Origin: Spirochaetaceae bacterium UBA6076 | GTDB taxonomy: Bacteria > Spirochaetota > Spirochaetia > Treponematales > Rectinemataceae | Assembly (NCBI GenBank): GCA_002428725.1 | Contig: DIXQ01000021.1 | Span: 27,097 to 91,096, forward strand | Reading direction: 5' to 3' | Length of the DNA stretch: 64,000 nucleotides | Part shown: positions 63,771-64,000 of the stretch, piece after piece | How the letters are laid out: each line of letters opens with the position of its first letter | Position numbering within the stretch: the stretch's first letter is position 1 | Position numbers and translations under genes: made by a program | The notes under the pieces: model-generated | What the model was told of the DNA's origin: nothing | Databases searched by the model: none | What the model saw: only the letters and a program-made list of their open reading frames with translations

Positions 63771-64000
63771 TTAGCGGTTAATGGCTGCCGAATATCTTGT
63801 TCGCTTTCTTCCATCCCTCTCCCTGAATGGGTTTTTCTCGAATTTCTGAAAAGCCCGGTATGCGGCGCAGGCAGTGTAATAGACATCAGGTCCCTTGAAC
63901 GACGAGAATTCGTCACAACGGAAAAGCTCCAACAACATGGGAAAACGCCGATCGAAGACTACATTTTGCACCGACGCTATGGGGATGCGGGGAAGCGCTG
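63771..64000 (-). CDS. 3' part of an unidentified CDS that runs off the window end
   Basis: The reading frame stays open upstream of the listed GTG 63971 all the way to position 64000 (my own translation: ..ALPRIPIAS-VQNVVFDRRF..). No motif was recognised. Confidence 0.3.
   Translation of the reverse strand, partial: ALPRIPIASVQNVVFDRRFPMLLELFRCDEFSSFKGPDVYYTACAAYRAFQKFEKNPFRERDGRKRTRYSAAINR

Overview
This 64-kb chromosomal window has about 60 protein-coding genes. I saw no rRNA, tRNA, CRISPR array, transposase or integrase by eye. The gene content suggests a spirochaete-like diderm, but that is inference only; it rests on a type-2 IleRS, LysM/M23 and PEGA/FlgD-Ig envelope proteins, DUF4097 and a Lol-like cassette.

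Most of the window is housekeeping:
- SDR fragment and uxaC
- glpQ-ugpB-ugpA-ugpE
- a GT2 / small flippase / giant membrane glycosyltransferase-like trio
- NUDIX, MFS and DUF362 Fe-S genes
- LysM-M23 peptidase, ptsI, der and merR-like
- M18 aminopeptidase and ileS
- acyl-CoA ligase and dus
- rpsP-KH-rimM-trmD-rplS and yraN
- greA-like, serS, prfA-prmC, a RelA/SpoT homologue and pepP

The main accessory region is a roughly 9-kb defence island at 43.1-52.2 kb, lying between a decayed GH2 glycosidase gene and serS. It has two units:
- **Type I R-M operon.** A tightly coupled operon runs hsdM (with a fused N-terminal HTH), hsdS, MqsR-like toxin, MqsA-like antitoxin, hsdR and a short DUF45 metallopeptidase. 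The toxin-antitoxin pair occupies the slot that PrrC occupies in the E. coli prr locus.
- **HTH-peptidase / PIN pair.** A separate pair encodes an XRE-HTH/ImmA-IrrE peptidase and a PIN nuclease, an architecture resembling RosmerTA.

Both units have near-consensus sigma70-type promoters placed so that the mRNAs would be leaderless.

Other points worth a second look:
- a winged-HTH-controlled LolD / two-FtsX / LolA-like / predicted beta-barrel cassette
- a 1050-aa LysM lipoprotein built from 255-bp tandem repeats
- a family of AT-rich palindromic intergenic elements with a 27-nt exact copy 33 kb away
- an unassigned, GC-rich, highly structured ~200-nt element next to the island

All functional calls come from reading motifs in the supplied translations. 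No database search was run.
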